64,000 bases of DNA, taken from the NCBI GenBank assembly GCA_963749155.1, contig CAVVLO010000001.1, forward strand, positions 416,001-480,000, written 5' to 3'. Of this stretch, positions 20,212-32,046 are shown piece by piece. The notes beneath the pieces were generated by a model that had not been told where the DNA came from, did no database searches, and worked only from the letters and a program-made list of their open reading frames with translations. This DNA is from an uncultured Armatimonadia bacterium (GTDB taxonomy: Bacteria > Armatimonadota > Zipacnadia > CAVVLO01). The position numbers and the translations under genes were made by a program. Every line of letters starts with the position of its first letter. The stretch's first letter is position 1.

Positions 20212-20907
20212 ATGACCCTGCCTGCGCCAGTGGCGCCGCTCAAAGACACTAACGAACTGCGCGAAGAGATAATCGCGGCGGCGCGTTTCTGGACCGAACG
20301 CGACCTTACTATTGGCACCTGGGGCAATATCTCGGTCCGCGTCGAGGAAGGCTTGCTGGTTACGCCCTCGGCGATGGATTATGCCACTCTAGTTCCCGAC
20401 GACCTGGTGGTCGTTTCCTGGGAAGGCGTCCGTATCAAAGGCCACCGGCTCGCTTCTTCCGAAACCCAGACCCACCGGCTGCTTCTGCTCGCGCGGCCCG
20501 ATATGGTCGCATCAGTCCATGCGCATGCCCCCTATGCCTGTATCTGCTCCTCGGCGCACAGGACAATCCCTGTGGTAATGGAAGATATGGCCCAAAGCCT
20601 GGGTGGCGAGGTGCGTTGCTCGGTCTACGTGGCCGGTGGTCGCCATATGGAGCTTGCCGAAGCTGCCGTCGCCGCGCTCGGGCATCATTCCCAGGCGGTG
20701 CTCCTCGCGAATCATGGCCCCTTCGTGCTGGGCGCCACCCTCCGGGCCGCCGCAGTTGGGATCCAGGTGCTCGAGAAAGCTGCTATGGCTTTTGTGCTTG
20801 GAGGCCTCATAGGAGGCGCGGTGCCTATCCCCCCCGAACTCGTCGAGGAAGAACACGATCGCTTCACAAATAAATACGGCAGACCTGAAGACAAATCTAC
20901 CGGCTAG
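20212..20907 (+). CDS. Class II aldolase/adducin-family protein (FucA-like)
   Basis: GTWGNISVR, TPS, SSE..TH, VHAH, LLANHG Zn ligands. Confidence 0.9.
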   Translation: MTLPAPVAPLKDTNELREEIIAAARFWTERDLTIGTWGNISVRVEEGLLVTPSAMDYATLVPDDLVVVSWEGVRIKGHRLASSETQTHRLLLLARPDMVASVHAHAPYACICSSAHRTIPVVMEDMAQSLGGEVRCSVYVAGGRHMELAEAAVAALGHHSQAVLLANHGPFVLGATLRAAAVGIQVLEKAAMAFVLGGLIGGAVPIPPELVEEEHDRFTNKYGRPEDKSTG

Positions 20908-21000
20908 TCGATTATTTGGTATGATTGGCCAATTGGAAATACCCAGCCTCGTTGCTGGTAATAGCCCTGGATTGACTCGGAGAAGTCAGGAGGAAAAGTA

Positions 21001-22344
21001 ATGAGCTGCACTAGACCAACAATGAAGCATGACCCACTTATTTGCACAATGCAGGAAGGCATCAACTACGAAGACTATGTGGTAGCAACCTATATTGTCG
21101 CAAGCGGAATGCGCGCCGATGTACTTTCCAAAGCAGTAGCGCTGGCTGTAGAGCAATCGACAGGCTCCTGGACCTCGGTACCTGGAGAGACCGAAGAAGT
21201 AAAGAGAAGGTCGGTTGGCCGGGTAATCGGCGTCTACGGAGTGCCCGACTACGAGCTTATCGCGACGATGCCCACTGACCAGAAGAAGAGAGATTTCGTC
21301 GTGCGCGTTGCGTATCCGGCCCTCAACTTCTACAACAACATCCCGCTGGTCCTCACAACGGTAATCGGCAATATCTCCAGTATGCCTTTCCTGAAGCTGG
21401 TGGACCTGGAATTTCCCCAGAAGTTCGTGAACGATTTCAAAGGCCCCAAGTTTGGCGTTCAGGGGCTAAGAGATATACTGGGTGTTCAATCGCGTCCCCT
21501 CCTCAACAATATGATCAAACCTTGCACAGGCATCACCCCCGAAGAGGGCGCCGCTCTGCTTTATGAGGCCGCCAGGGGCGGGGTCGACATTGTCAAGGAC
21601 GATGAGGTCATCGGTAGCCCCGCCTTCTCTCCACTGGCCAAGCGAGTCGAGGCCTATATGGCGGCTGCTGCAAAGGCCGACCAGGAAAAGGGCGAGAAGA
21701 CGCTCTACACGGTCAATATCACCGACGAGGTTAACAAGCTAGTCGATAATGCCAAACTCGCTATCGACGCCGGCGCCAACGCCCTGATGGTCAGCGTCTA
21801 CGGGATTGGCCTTTCTGGGCTCAGGCAACTGGCCGAGCATCCCGACATCAACGTGCCGATTATGGCCCATTCCTGCTATGGCGGAGTTCAATTCGCTCAG
21901 GCTTATTCGGGAGTCAGCACTTCCGTGCTGGCCAAGCTGGTCCGTATGTGCGGGGCCGATATGTATCTGAACGTAGCCCCCTCGGCCAAGTTCAATGCGC
22001 TTGAAGAGAAGTTCCTGCGCGTCCAGCAGATTCTGGGCACCAGCTTCTTCCACATCAAGCCCGCGATGGCTCTGATAGGCGGAGGCGTCTCCCCAGGGAT
22101 GGTCCCCTACCTGATCAACGTTGCCGGTCTGGACACCCTGCTTGGCGCAGGTGCCGGCATCCACGGCCACCCAATGGGCGCGAAAGCTGGCGCCATCGCC
22201 ATGCGTAAGGCCATTGATGCAACGCTCGAGGGCGTTTCGCTCGAGCAAGCCGCGCTCGCAAGCCCCGAGCTTAAAGTTGCTCTCGAGGTCTGGGGCGTAT
22301 ACGGCGGCGAGGAATACGACCGGCTGTTCGATCTCGAGATCTAA
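21001..22344 (+). CDS. RuBisCO-like protein (form IV)
   Basis: AVEQSTGSW, GPKFG, IKP, KDDE carbamylation motif, MAH, GAGIHGHPMG; AGGAGG RBS; no small subunit or prk adjacent. Confidence 0.92.
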   Translation: MSCTRPTMKHDPLICTMQEGINYEDYVVATYIVASGMRADVLSKAVALAVEQSTGSWTSVPGETEEVKRRSVGRVIGVYGVPDYELIATMPTDQKKRDFVVRVAYPALNFYNNIPLVLTTVIGNISSMPFLKLVDLEFPQKFVNDFKGPKFGVQGLRDILGVQSRPLLNNMIKPCTGITPEEGAALLYEAARGGVDIVKDDEVIGSPAFSPLAKRVEAYMAAAAKADQEKGEKTLYTVNITDEVNKLVDNAKLAIDAGANALMVSVYGIGLSGLRQLAEHPDINVPIMAHSCYGGVQFAQAYSGVSTSVLAKLVRMCGADMYLNVAPSAKFNALEEKFLRVQQILGTSFFHIKPAMALIGGGVSPGMVPYLINVAGLDTLLGAGAGIHGHPMGAKAGAIAMRKAIDATLEGVSLEQAALASPELKVALEVWGVYGGEEYDRLFDLEI

Positions 22345-22450
22345 TTAAGCTGCCGAAGCGTCAGCGAGGCTTCTCCTCGAGAAGCTGCTGCCCTTCGATT
22401 TGGCTACAGGTAAGCATTAACTGGGCTGTATCGCCAGTTGGAGGTTCAAT

Positions 22451-23353
22451 ATGATAATCAACACGAACCCCAGGATCCTTGGCGCGGGCCTTGCTTGCCT
22501 CGACTATATAGTAGTGTCTCCCCAGGTGCCCTGGGGAGACACTGCCATCGTGACCGAGTTCGATATGCAAGGTGGCGGCCTGGTCGGCACCGCGCTGGTC
22601 GCCTGTGCTCGCCTTGGCGCCAAAGGCACGCTCCTTACCCTGCTTGGGCAGGATAATGTGGCTGACCTGGTGCTCAAAGAGATCGAAGAAGAAGGCATCG
22701 ACACCTCGCGCGTGACTCATATCGCAGGAGGTCAGACCGCCTTCAGTTTCGTCCACGTAGACAACACCAGTGGTGAACGCACCATCTTCCACAGGCCAGG
22801 TTCCAAACACGCCGAACCTCCCAAGATTCCGGATATCAAAGATTATGCGGTCGTGCTGGTGGACGATATGTTCCTGACTTTGGCTCTGGCGACCGCAAAG
22901 GCGGCCAAGCGCGCAGGGGTGCCCGTTGTGGCCGACCTGGGCCCCTCGGAGGGTTGCGGGGCGCTGCTCCATTTCGTAGATGTCCTGATCGCCCCTCGTC
23001 ACTTCGTGCAGGAACTCGGTTATCTCGGCAAGCCCGAAGCGGCTCTCAGCGAGATCCACAAGCTCGGGCCGACAACCGCGGTAATCACCCTCGGCTCGGA
23101 AGGGTGGCTCTATTCCGGACCCTCTGGCAAAGGTCGTGGGAAAGCCTTCAAAGTGGACGTGGTGGACACGACCGGCGCTGGTGATGCCTTCCACGGCGGG
23201 TTCGCCTTCGCGCTGGCCCAGGGCTGGGATACCGCCCAGTGTTGCGAATTTGCCGCCGCTGTTGCTGCCATCAAGTGCACCAGTTTTGGCGGAAGGAGCG
23301 GCCTGCCTTCTCTGGAGCAGGTCGAAGCGTTTCTAAAAGAGCGGAGAGCTTAG
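22451..23353 (+). CDS. PfkB-family carbohydrate kinase
   Basis: GGG..TALVACARLG, ITLGSEG, DTTGAGDAF. Confidence 0.92.
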   Translation: MIINTNPRILGAGLACLDYIVVSPQVPWGDTAIVTEFDMQGGGLVGTALVACARLGAKGTLLTLLGQDNVADLVLKEIEEEGIDTSRVTHIAGGQTAFSFVHVDNTSGERTIFHRPGSKHAEPPKIPDIKDYAVVLVDDMFLTLALATAKAAKRAGVPVVADLGPSEGCGALLHFVDVLIAPRHFVQELGYLGKPEAALSEIHKLGPTTAVITLGSEGWLYSGPSGKGRGKAFKVDVVDTTGAGDAFHGGFAFALAQGWDTAQCCEFAAAVAAIKCTSFGGRSGLPSLEQVEAFLKERRA

Positions 23354-23417
23354 CCAGCTGGTCTGGAGTTTCAGGATCAGTGTGGGGGGAGCACAGGCTA
23401 GCCACTCCGCAAACCCA

Positions 23418-23455
23418 GGGCCGCGCCTTTTAGGCGCGGCCCGCTTCGTTTTTCT
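23418..23455 (+). terminator. Intrinsic terminator between convergent genes
   Basis: GGGCCGCGCC-TTTTA-GGCGCGGCCC stem followed by a T-rich tract. Confidence 0.65.
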
Positions 23456-23471
23456 ATTTTATTTGAGCAGC

Positions 23472-24799
23472 TTAGTCGGCTTCTTCTACTGGTTCCACCG
23501 TGACAATCAAAGGCAGGGGATCCACCAGACAGGGGCTCTCGAACAACTTGGGATTCTCCTGCCCCTCGCGGTCTCCGGCGAAGCTCTGGATGACCTGTCC
23601 AGTTGCGTAATCCACTGTGTAAGCCGCTTGCCTCGTACCCAGCTTGCCCCAGATGAAGGCGAACCTGGCGTGATCGGCTTCGTTAGCGCCAATCAACTCA
23701 TAACCTGCAAGCCTAAGCCGGGGGATCCGTGCGATTACAGTGCAATCTCCCAGAAAGTGCCTCTCGCCGATCTCAACGCCTGGCGCCACCGGGGTTGTCA
23801 CTACCGCTGCGGTATCATCAAACAGGCCAGCGAAAGCCCCCTGTCCGGAGATAGGCGCTGGCCCAATGACCAGCGAGAAGCTCTTGTTCAGCAGCATCGT
23901 CTCTTCCCACTTGAGGGGGGGATAATAACTGCCAGCGGGCGCCCATTTGGGCTCCTTTTCAGAGGTGTCAGCCTCAAGCAATAGCTGTCCATCGGCCTTC
24001 TGAACCAGCACTACAATCTTTTCTCCCGCCCAGGCAACCCTGGAAAGCCACCCCTGCGCGCCTTCCGGCAGAGGCAATACTCTGGCTTCCGATCCGGCCA
24101 AGTATGCCGTATTCCACCTGCCATTCGGCGCCCATCCCGGGCTTTGCGATAACTGCCCAGGCCTCGCCAGCTTCGTTGATAGCCGCATCGCTGTAATCCA
24201 TCGCGCTGCCAAGCAGTCTGGGCTCCTGCTCGCCATCTACCCTCATCCAGTACATCTCGTGAGTAGAGCGCGACATCCGACGCTTGAATACTACCAGTCC
24301 GTTGCCTTGCGGGTAGAAGTCACTGACACTGTCGGCAATTTTGATATGGTTGGTGCCCATAAGTGACGACTGCCAAAGCTCGCTGTTGCCGTTAGGCTCG
24401 TCAGGATTGGGCTGCAGATAGAGCAGCGAAGCTGCCCCACAGCGGTACCGGTCCGCCATATTTGAAATTCCGGTCGCTGGTGGTGTACAGATGCAGCAAC
24501 CCCTTCGCCTCAAACAGCAATTGCCAGCCAGGGGTCATTACTTGAGCGTACATCAGCCCTGGCTCCGGCAGCCCGAGCGAAGTGTCGTTCCAGGTGGTCA
24601 CATAGGCGTCCGTCAGTTGGATATCTTCCTCGGCCACTTCTAGCCGGCCGGCCAGGTCCGCCGCGCACTGGGAAACCAGGTCGCTGCCTGGCTTTGCCTC
24701 TTCAGCCCAGCCGCAGGTCATCAGTCCGAGCAAGCCGATCATCAGCATTAAGGTCAAGCTTGCCACCGTTAGCTTTGCACTGCCTGTTACTCTGGTCAT
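23472..24799 (-). CDS. Secreted hypothetical protein split over three frames by apparent indels
   Basis: GGAGG RBS, signal peptide, WNDTSLGLPEPGLMYAQVMTPG motif; overlapping ORFs 24401-24799, 23974-24513, 23472-24236. Confidence 0.55.
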
Positions 24800-24898
24800 C
24801 TTGGTTGCCTCCTGTTACAGTAGAACGAGTTGGTTCGCTGCTTGGACTGGCTGTTGTCGAAGAAAGTTCCCGGCAGCTTCCTCACCTGGGAGGGCTCT

Positions 24899-25333
24899 AT
24901 GGACATCCGCAGACTTGGAGAAGCCGATTTGCCCGCCCTGGCCGCGCTATACAAGCAATTCAAAGGCGACGACTCCTCGCTGGAAGCCATGCGCGCGACC
25001 TTCGCGCGGATTGCCGACAGCCCGGATTACGCCGTGCTTGTGGCCGAGGTTGAAGGACGGCTTGCCGGCTCCGCAATGGGTATCGTCTGCGCCGAACTCT
25101 ACGGCCAGTGCCGGCCCTTCCTTGTCATCGAAGACGTGATAGTGGATGCCGACCATCGGCGCCTGGGCGTCGGCACCGCGCTGATGAACGCCCTCGAAGA
25201 CTTTGCTCGCGCCACCAACTGTCATTATATGATGCTCGTGACGGACGCGGACCGAACCTGGGCCCACAACTTCTACGCCTCGCTCGGTTTCGGCCGTGAC
25301 ACTCATCGCGGCTTCAAGAAACGCCTGCCCTGA
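24899..25333 (+). CDS. GNAT-family N-acetyltransferase
   Basis: VDADHRRLGVGTAL; AHNFYASLGF. Confidence 0.88.
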   Translation: MDIRRLGEADLPALAALYKQFKGDDSSLEAMRATFARIADSPDYAVLVAEVEGRLAGSAMGIVCAELYGQCRPFLVIEDVIVDADHRRLGVGTALMNALEDFARATNCHYMMLVTDADRTWAHNFYASLGFGRDTHRGFKKRLP

Positions 25334-25479
25334 TTTCCGTTGACGGCGCTCCCTCTTCCCGCACTATATTGAGAGGACAGCCGCTCTATCCGCTCCAGTT
25401 CTTGCGTCCGAGGTCGTAGTTGTCCTTCACACTGCCCCCAATGAAGAGGTCGGCCAGGAAGTGTCCTTGAAGGTGCGCG

Positions 25480-26924
25480 TGATGAGGTTGCGCGCCACTC
25501 AGCTCCGAGCTCCGTCAGCTCAGGCGCGAAGGAACTGGCGAACTTCTCCGCCGCCCGCAACTTGCGCTTCATCAGCGGCTGGAAGAGGCGCTGATTACTC
25601 CGCGAAGGCCTGCTGGTAGTCGCCCTGGCCTTCGCCCGCTCCCCGACCAGTACATAGGCGCCCGCCATCCCGAGCGAAGATTTCACGCGGCCCGGCGCTC
25701 GAGGGCCAAAGGCGGGCATCTCGAACGAGCCACCACCTATCGCCGCTGGCCACCTGTCCAGGTGGATCTACGGCTGACCCTGTCGAGGTAGACCTCCTCG
25801 CACTTGTCCATCCTCGGCCACGCTCAGCCGGGCACTCCCAACCCGCTTCGTCAAACTCTCGGCGCAGCGCCTGTCTTTGCGCTTCCACCTCGCCGAGCTG
25901 GGGTTCGAGCGTAAGGCGACCAGACTTACGTGGTCACAAAGAAGAACATCGTTACGTCCTCGCGCATCGCAAAGCGCACCACTTGCTTGCCCGGCAGTTG
26001 TAAGTCTGTAGACCGAGCTCATCACGAGGCTCGTTGTAGCCGCGCAGCTGTCGAAGGCCGCCGCAACGTAATGTGCCGAGGCTCTTTAGGTCGAACGGTT
26101 CCCACCCTCTGGCAAATGACCTCGACGGTCCAGCGACCAGTCGGCTCCCTGACCGAACTCCTTACCGCTCTTTTTCCCTGTGCCTCTATCACCGGCGCGC
26201 CCAAGTCCGCGCTGCGAGCTTATCGCCGAGGTCGAAGACTCCCGTGAGGCCTGTACGGCGCGATCGGCTACATGGCCCCGAACGGAGACGCCCTTTTCAA
26301 CGTCGCCATCCGTTCTGTCGACAGGCGCACAACGGAGTGATGGACTGCCCCGAACAGCGTCTCGACCTGGGCCCGCCCAGGCTGCCATGAGACGACCTCG
26401 GCGCAGGTGACCGGCACGCGCGGTAGGCTGACGAACCTTGCTCTGGCGTCCTCAAAGGGCTATTTCCTGCGGACGCCCGTCTGTATCACGTGGTCAGTCT
26501 GCCGAACACTTCGATTAAACCTTCGACTACGCACTCGTTGGCCTCGTTCACAGACCTGCGGGATTTCCTCAAGCGTCATCGGGTGCGCTTGGCTTGATCA
26601 GTGGGCGCCTCCAGCTCGCGGCAGGCAAGCGCATCCGCTCCGCCACGCGTGTAGGCCAGGCCCGCGAGACGTCGATTTTATCACAAACCGACCCGCCGCA
26701 GCTTGGGCGCGCGCCGATCGACCTCGATGACGTGCTGCTCTGGAACGACCGGGCGAAGTGACGGAATCCACCATCGCCAATGTGGTGGTCCGCCAGGAGG
26801 GGCGCCTGCTGACCCCGCCTGTTGCTGCGGCCAGCACCGGCTGAAAGCCATAGCGCCGCAACCAGTAGGCAAGCGTGGGTCCCACGACTCCTGGCCCGGA
26901 GATCAGTATCTCGCCTTGTGCCAT
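25480..26924 (-). pseudogene. Decayed, interrupted FAD-dependent monooxygenase
   Basis: N-terminal ILISGPGVVGPTLAYWLRRYGF at 26924; C-terminal fragments SLGMAGAYVLVGE and AAEKFASSFAP near 25500-25700; many frame breaks between. Confidence 0.6.
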
Positions 26925-29787
26925 CCCGTTCGCCTCCCCACCATTACCTCCTCGCTCTCAAACCGCACCCTAAGCACATAGCGCGCCAGTTCTCCATCCA
27001 GGTGAAGCTCCTTTGTCCTCAACAGGGGGCGTAATCCGTCCAATCGGCTCAGCGACTCCTTCTGCGAGCACCTCGACCAACTCGATTGTTTCGCCAAAGC
27101 ATACTTTTGTCGGCTCACTCGCCAGCAGCCGAAGCCTCGCGTGCCTGCCCAAGTGGCTTGCCCTCATCAGAGGCTACAATCAGCCGGCCGCGTTCCACCT
27201 CGCACAGCAACTCGCCGTCAACTCGAAGTTCTCCGCTCCCTTCGATCAGGCGGAAGCCTCCCGCAATCTCTTCTGCCATCGCATATTCTGCAAGCCCCAG
27301 TTCCACTGTATGCCCCTCGTGGGCCAGTTTCACTCGGCGAGAGGGCCCCTCTGCGAATAGTCCATAAAGCGTCCCTCCGACCGTCCGCCTTACTAGCGCG
27401 TCTACGTCTTCGCCAGGCTCGACGGTTACTCTCGGAAGGCGCTCCGAACTCCGCCACTCCTCCCCGTAGCCTTCGTAGACCTCCACCCCCAGCTTGTGGA
27501 AGCGCTCAAGCGTTGCCGCTTTGTCGGGACCCACTCCGGCAGGGCATATCAGCACTCTGGACGTCTCGGGCAAGGCCTCCAGCAGCGCCTCCTGCCACAC
27601 CCCAAAGACCACTTTCGCGCGCCAGAGGTCAGTGATTACTTTGTGAAAGGCGTCATAGTCAGGTTGCCGCCCCGCAGGAGCCAGCACATAGACTTCCTCC
27701 GCCTGGAAACGCCGCCCCAGCCCCTGGCCCATCAGCCCCCAGCGCCCAAGTGCGACCGCCGCCGAGGCGGGGAAGGGCGTCCCATTGTGCAGCGTCCCGT
27801 ACCCGAATCCACTTGGCCAGGCGCAAAGCCCGGCCCCCTCTTCAAAGGTCGCTTCTTTCGCATAGATGGACAAAGGCTCGAACCAGCGCTCATCAGGCGC
27901 CAGTCCTAGTATCTCCCTCAGCGGCTGATACCAATAACACTGCTCCCGCGCGAGCCACGAGACCCCCCATTCATACGACATCAGCGCTGCCGCGCCCCCC
28001 GCCAGCCCATATTGTGCATTGGCCTCATAGTGCGCCGTCGGATTCCAGCCCGCCGCGCCGAACTCCTCAATAAAAAGGGGCCTGTCAGAGCCGATAGGAT
28101 CCAGATATTGGCTCATCATCGCCGTCCAGCGAGGCGGCATATAGCTGTGCCAAGGCGCCAGTTCCGCCTCGGCGTTGCCCAGATACGCATCCCCCCCGCC
28201 CGCTAGCGAAAACAGATACCCCGGCACCACCGGTTGCCTTGCCCCAGCTTCTCTCAAAGCTGTTGTCAGCTCCCGCGCCCACCGCTGGAAGAGCAATGTG
28301 TCTCGCTCGAGGCCAAGCGGCAATCTGGCTTCCTCCCACTGCCGCACTGCTGGGTCCATCTGAGACTCATCCGGGTCCTTCACATATGCCTCATTGGCCA
28401 GGTTCCAGATGACATTCCCTGCCCTTGCATAGCGACTGCCGAGGGTCGCTACATACTCCTTCTGCAGCTCCAGATGACGCAGTGACAAGCTATATATGTT
28501 GAAATCGCCGATGGTGCGGAAGTCCCACAGCACCTTCTCGCCGCTTGCCCGCTCGAAGCCCATCTCTCGCACCCACTGCGAGAAGAGGCAGATGTCCAGT
28601 ACCAGCCCATGCTGGGCCGCCAGCCATACCTCCGCGTCCAGCGCCCGCAGGCTCACCTCGTCCAGCACCGGGTCCACCCACACGCGCACAAGCCGATACC
28701 CAGCCCGCCTGATCGCTGCAAAATCGGTCTCGACCTTCACTGGGCGGAAGTCGCGCCACGGCCAGTCCAGCCACCCGCTCGAGGGATAGTAATGCGTGCC
28801 CACCCAAAAATCTTTGCGCCCCTCGAACTCGATACAAGGACCCTCAATCGCGAAACCAACCTCCGTCTCCAGCCTGTCCGCGAGCAGTGTAAAGCCGATC
28901 TCCTGCCTCAGCAGCGGCTCCTCGCCGCCCACGAGGGTTGGTTTTTCGGCGTTCACAAGGTCCACTGCGACCTCGACTCTGAGCCGCCACAGGCCCTGCT
29001 CGCCCTGGGGAAGGAAATCCAGCACCGCTTCGGTCTCGCCCTCGCCGGGCGCTACTCGACGCATCCGCTCGATAAGGGAGAAGCCCTCCTCGCCGGGCGC
29101 CTGGGCATACCAGCGCGCCTCCAGCGCCCTCGCCCTCGGCCTGCTGTTCGCGACGCGCAGCCGCGCCTGGACGCGCTCGCCGGGCTTCGAGGAGGCGTAA
29201 TTCGTCTGGAGTTCAACCACCTGCAGGCCAGACTCAAAGCGCTGCGCCAGCGCCCCAAGCAGCGCCTGCCAGCCTTCCAGATCGAGGGCCGCCAGGGGCT
29301 CCTCAAATAGGAAGAATATTTGCTGGCTTCCGCCGAACCGTTTGCCCACCAGCGAAGGCGCATAGTGGTTTACCAGCACGCCTGGATAACCGACTACCTG
29401 TCCGAATCGGTCGCGCGCCTCCAGAATCGGCTCCAAATCGAAGCGCAGCTCCTCATCGAGGTTGTGCCTGGGGAAGTCGCCAGGGGGAGAGATAAAGGCT
29501 GACTGCGCCCGCGCGGGCTGGAAGGCAAGCTCCGGCAGCAGCACCGGCGAGCCTTCAGCCTGGGTAAGGGCAAGCTCGGTCTCGGTCGGCTGGAATACTC
29601 CTAGCCACAGCTCTCGCGGCAGTGCCTCGCCTCGGCCAATCCACACGAGGTGAGCGCCTTCGGCCAGGGACGCGACCAGCGCTTCGCCGGCCAGTTCTCC
29701 CAGCGCCACCGGCTCAAACCCCTCCGGCAACTTGCCAACCGCCTTCAGGAAGCGCTCCTCCGCAACAAGCAAAACTCGACGCGCCAT
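26903..29787 (-). CDS. Large clan GH-A glycoside hydrolase-like protein; C-terminus broken by apparent frameshifts below 27140
   Basis: GYRLVRVW, WNLANE (acid/base), PLFIEEFG (nucleophile); main ORF ends at 27115. Confidence 0.7.
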
Positions 29788-29940
29788 ATTGATTCTCCCG
29801 ATGCCCAATTTATGCCGGATTTATTGGCCAGTGCTGGAAACATCCCTGTCTGGTCGGCCGCCCCTCCCAGGCAGGGATTTGGCCGACAAGGTGCAATTGA
29901 AAGGGCAGCTTGTGTCAGGTCATTTGCCAGGAGGCCACCG

Positions 29941-30915
29941 ATGTCAGCCCAGTTCCCTTTTCAGCCTGCCGAGTTTCTGCCTTTCCGCGATGCCGCCGTT
30001 TGCGAGCGCGTCCGGAATATCCCCAAATCCGAGCTGTGCAACCATCCAAATCCCAACTTCAAAATACGGATCATCGAGAGCGATCAGGCCTTCGCCTGGT
30101 CGTATATCATCGACATCGTCTCGAACATCAAACGCGCCCTCGATGAGGGCCGCCAGTTCGTGGTCATCCTGCCCGCGCCCAATCCAAATTATGCTTTCGT
30201 CGCGCAGCTAATCAACCAGTTGCGCCTCCCTTGCCATCACGTCCATACCTTCAATATGGACGAGTACGCGGATGAAGCTGGCAACACTGCCCCGCGCGAG
30301 TGGCGCGGCGGCTTCCAGTACTGGATGTGGAACGATCTCTTCAGCCAGATCGACCCCGCCCTGCGGATGCCCGAGAGCCAGATCCACTTCCCCAGCACCG
30401 AAAACGTGAACGACTACTCCCGGATGCTGGAGGACCTCGGCGGTGCGGACGTCTGCTATGGCGGCATCGGCTGGGCCGGCCACATCGCCTTCTTCGAGCC
30501 CCATCTCGGCGTCGAGTTTGGCGACGATATCGAGGCTTATCTCAACGCAGGCTCGCGTATTGTGGACCTGCACCCCATCACCGTCTGCCAGAACAGCCTC
30601 TTCTGCGATTGCGGCGCCGCCGGCGACTGGTCCAACTGCCCGCCAAAGGCCGCCACTATCGGCCCGCGCGACCTCAAGACCTCCAAACTGGTCAGCTTCT
30701 GGGATGGCTTCGCCTACGGCGATGTCTCCTGGCAGCGGTTCATCTCGCGCCTGGCCGCCCACGGCCCGGTGACCCCGCTCGTGCCCGCAAGCATCTTGCA
30801 GGTGTTGAACAGCGAACTCCTCCTCTCCGGCAATGTCGCCGCCGACTGTGACTGGGAGATCGCCGAGCGCGCCGTGCCAATTGATATCTTCAAGGGGGAG
30901 GGCCGACCCTGGTAG
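29941..30915 (+). CDS. Glucosamine-6-phosphate deaminase/isomerase (NagB)-like protein
   Basis: AGGAGG RBS; HTFNMDEY, GGADVCYGGIGWAGHIAFFEP, GPVTPLVPASILQ. Confidence 0.82.
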   Translation: MSAQFPFQPAEFLPFRDAAVCERVRNIPKSELCNHPNPNFKIRIIESDQAFAWSYIIDIVSNIKRALDEGRQFVVILPAPNPNYAFVAQLINQLRLPCHHVHTFNMDEYADEAGNTAPREWRGGFQYWMWNDLFSQIDPALRMPESQIHFPSTENVNDYSRMLEDLGGADVCYGGIGWAGHIAFFEPHLGVEFGDDIEAYLNAGSRIVDLHPITVCQNSLFCDCGAAGDWSNCPPKAATIGPRDLKTSKLVSFWDGFAYGDVSWQRFISRLAAHGPVTPLVPASILQVLNSELLLSGNVAADCDWEIAERAVPIDIFKGEGRPW

Positions 30916-31917
30916 AGCGCCATCTGACAGCCGCTGACCTCGCTGGCAAGACACTGGATGCCCACGCCCATCTCGGCGTGAGCCTCAAGGCCTATGCCAA
31001 CCTGGAATATCCTTACGCCCAGAGTATCGAGGGCCTCTACTACCGCCAGCGCGCCTCGGGAGTGGACGCAAGTGTCGTCTTCCCCTTCACGCCTGACCTC
31101 TACTTCGACCTGGCAGGGGTCGTGAGAAGCGAACTCGTGCCTGCGAATCCGCCTCTTTCGGAGGCTCCTTATGCGCTGGAGAACCGCCTGGTGATGCAGG
31201 AGGTGTTCCTCTTCTGCCCCGAGTGGAGCGACCGCTTCCTGCCCTTTGTCTCGATGGACCCGGGCCGCGCCGTGGGAGAGCAGACTGGCCGCTCTGGATG
31301 CCCTGGCCGAGGAGTATCCGATCTACGGCGTGAAGATCAGCCCCATCTTCTGCCAGTCGCCCATCACGGCGCTGCTTTCAGAGGGCCGGCCTTTGGTGGA
31401 ATGGGCCGCAGAGCGCGATCTGGGGTTCCTCCTCCACATCAGCGCCGACCCGGACGAGGCCTATTCCCAGGTGCGGGCGACCTTCGACCTGACGCAGGAA
31501 TTTCCCGAAACGCGCTTCTGTCTGGCCCACTGTGCGGCCTTCGACAAGCGGGTGCTGGAAGCCGCGGGCGCCGCGCCCAACGTCTGGGTGGACACCGCGG
31601 CTCTCAAAATCCAGGTGCAGGCGGCGCTGGAGAACAACCCCGCGATGGCCGCGCCAGCCGACCGCTTCGAGACGGATTACACCGACCACCGCCGCGTCCT
31701 TGCCGACCTGGCCGAGGCCTGGCCGGACACGATTGTCTGGGGCTCCGACTCGCCCGCCTACTCGTACATCTGCCGCCGCAAGCAAGCCGAAGGCCACTGG
31801 CTCGATTTCCGCTTGAAGGGCACTTACGAGGACGAGGTCGCCGCGCTGGACAGCCTCGATCCTGCGCTGCGACAGCAGCTGGCAAACACGAACCCTCTGC
31901 GGTTCATCTTTGGCTGA
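30909..31917 (+). CDS. Amidohydrolase-family (TIM-barrel) metalloenzyme; frameshift at ~31283
   Basis: LDAHAHLG in frame upstream of 30978; YGVK, LLH, LAH, VWVDTA, VWGSDSP. Confidence 0.75.
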
Positions 31918-32046
31918 GCCAGACCTTTGGGTTATGCAACAGAAACACTCTACGCCGCCGGCGCCAGGCGACCCCTCGATTGCCCGCGCCGCACGTTGCC
32001 TGGGCGCGCGGAGTCTGGGATAATATCTCCAGTGGAAGGTGAACCG

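Noticed and set aside
21001..22344. CO2-fixing RuBisCO / Calvin cycle
   Set aside because: RLP-type active-site substitutions; no rbcS or prk nearby; catabolic neighbours
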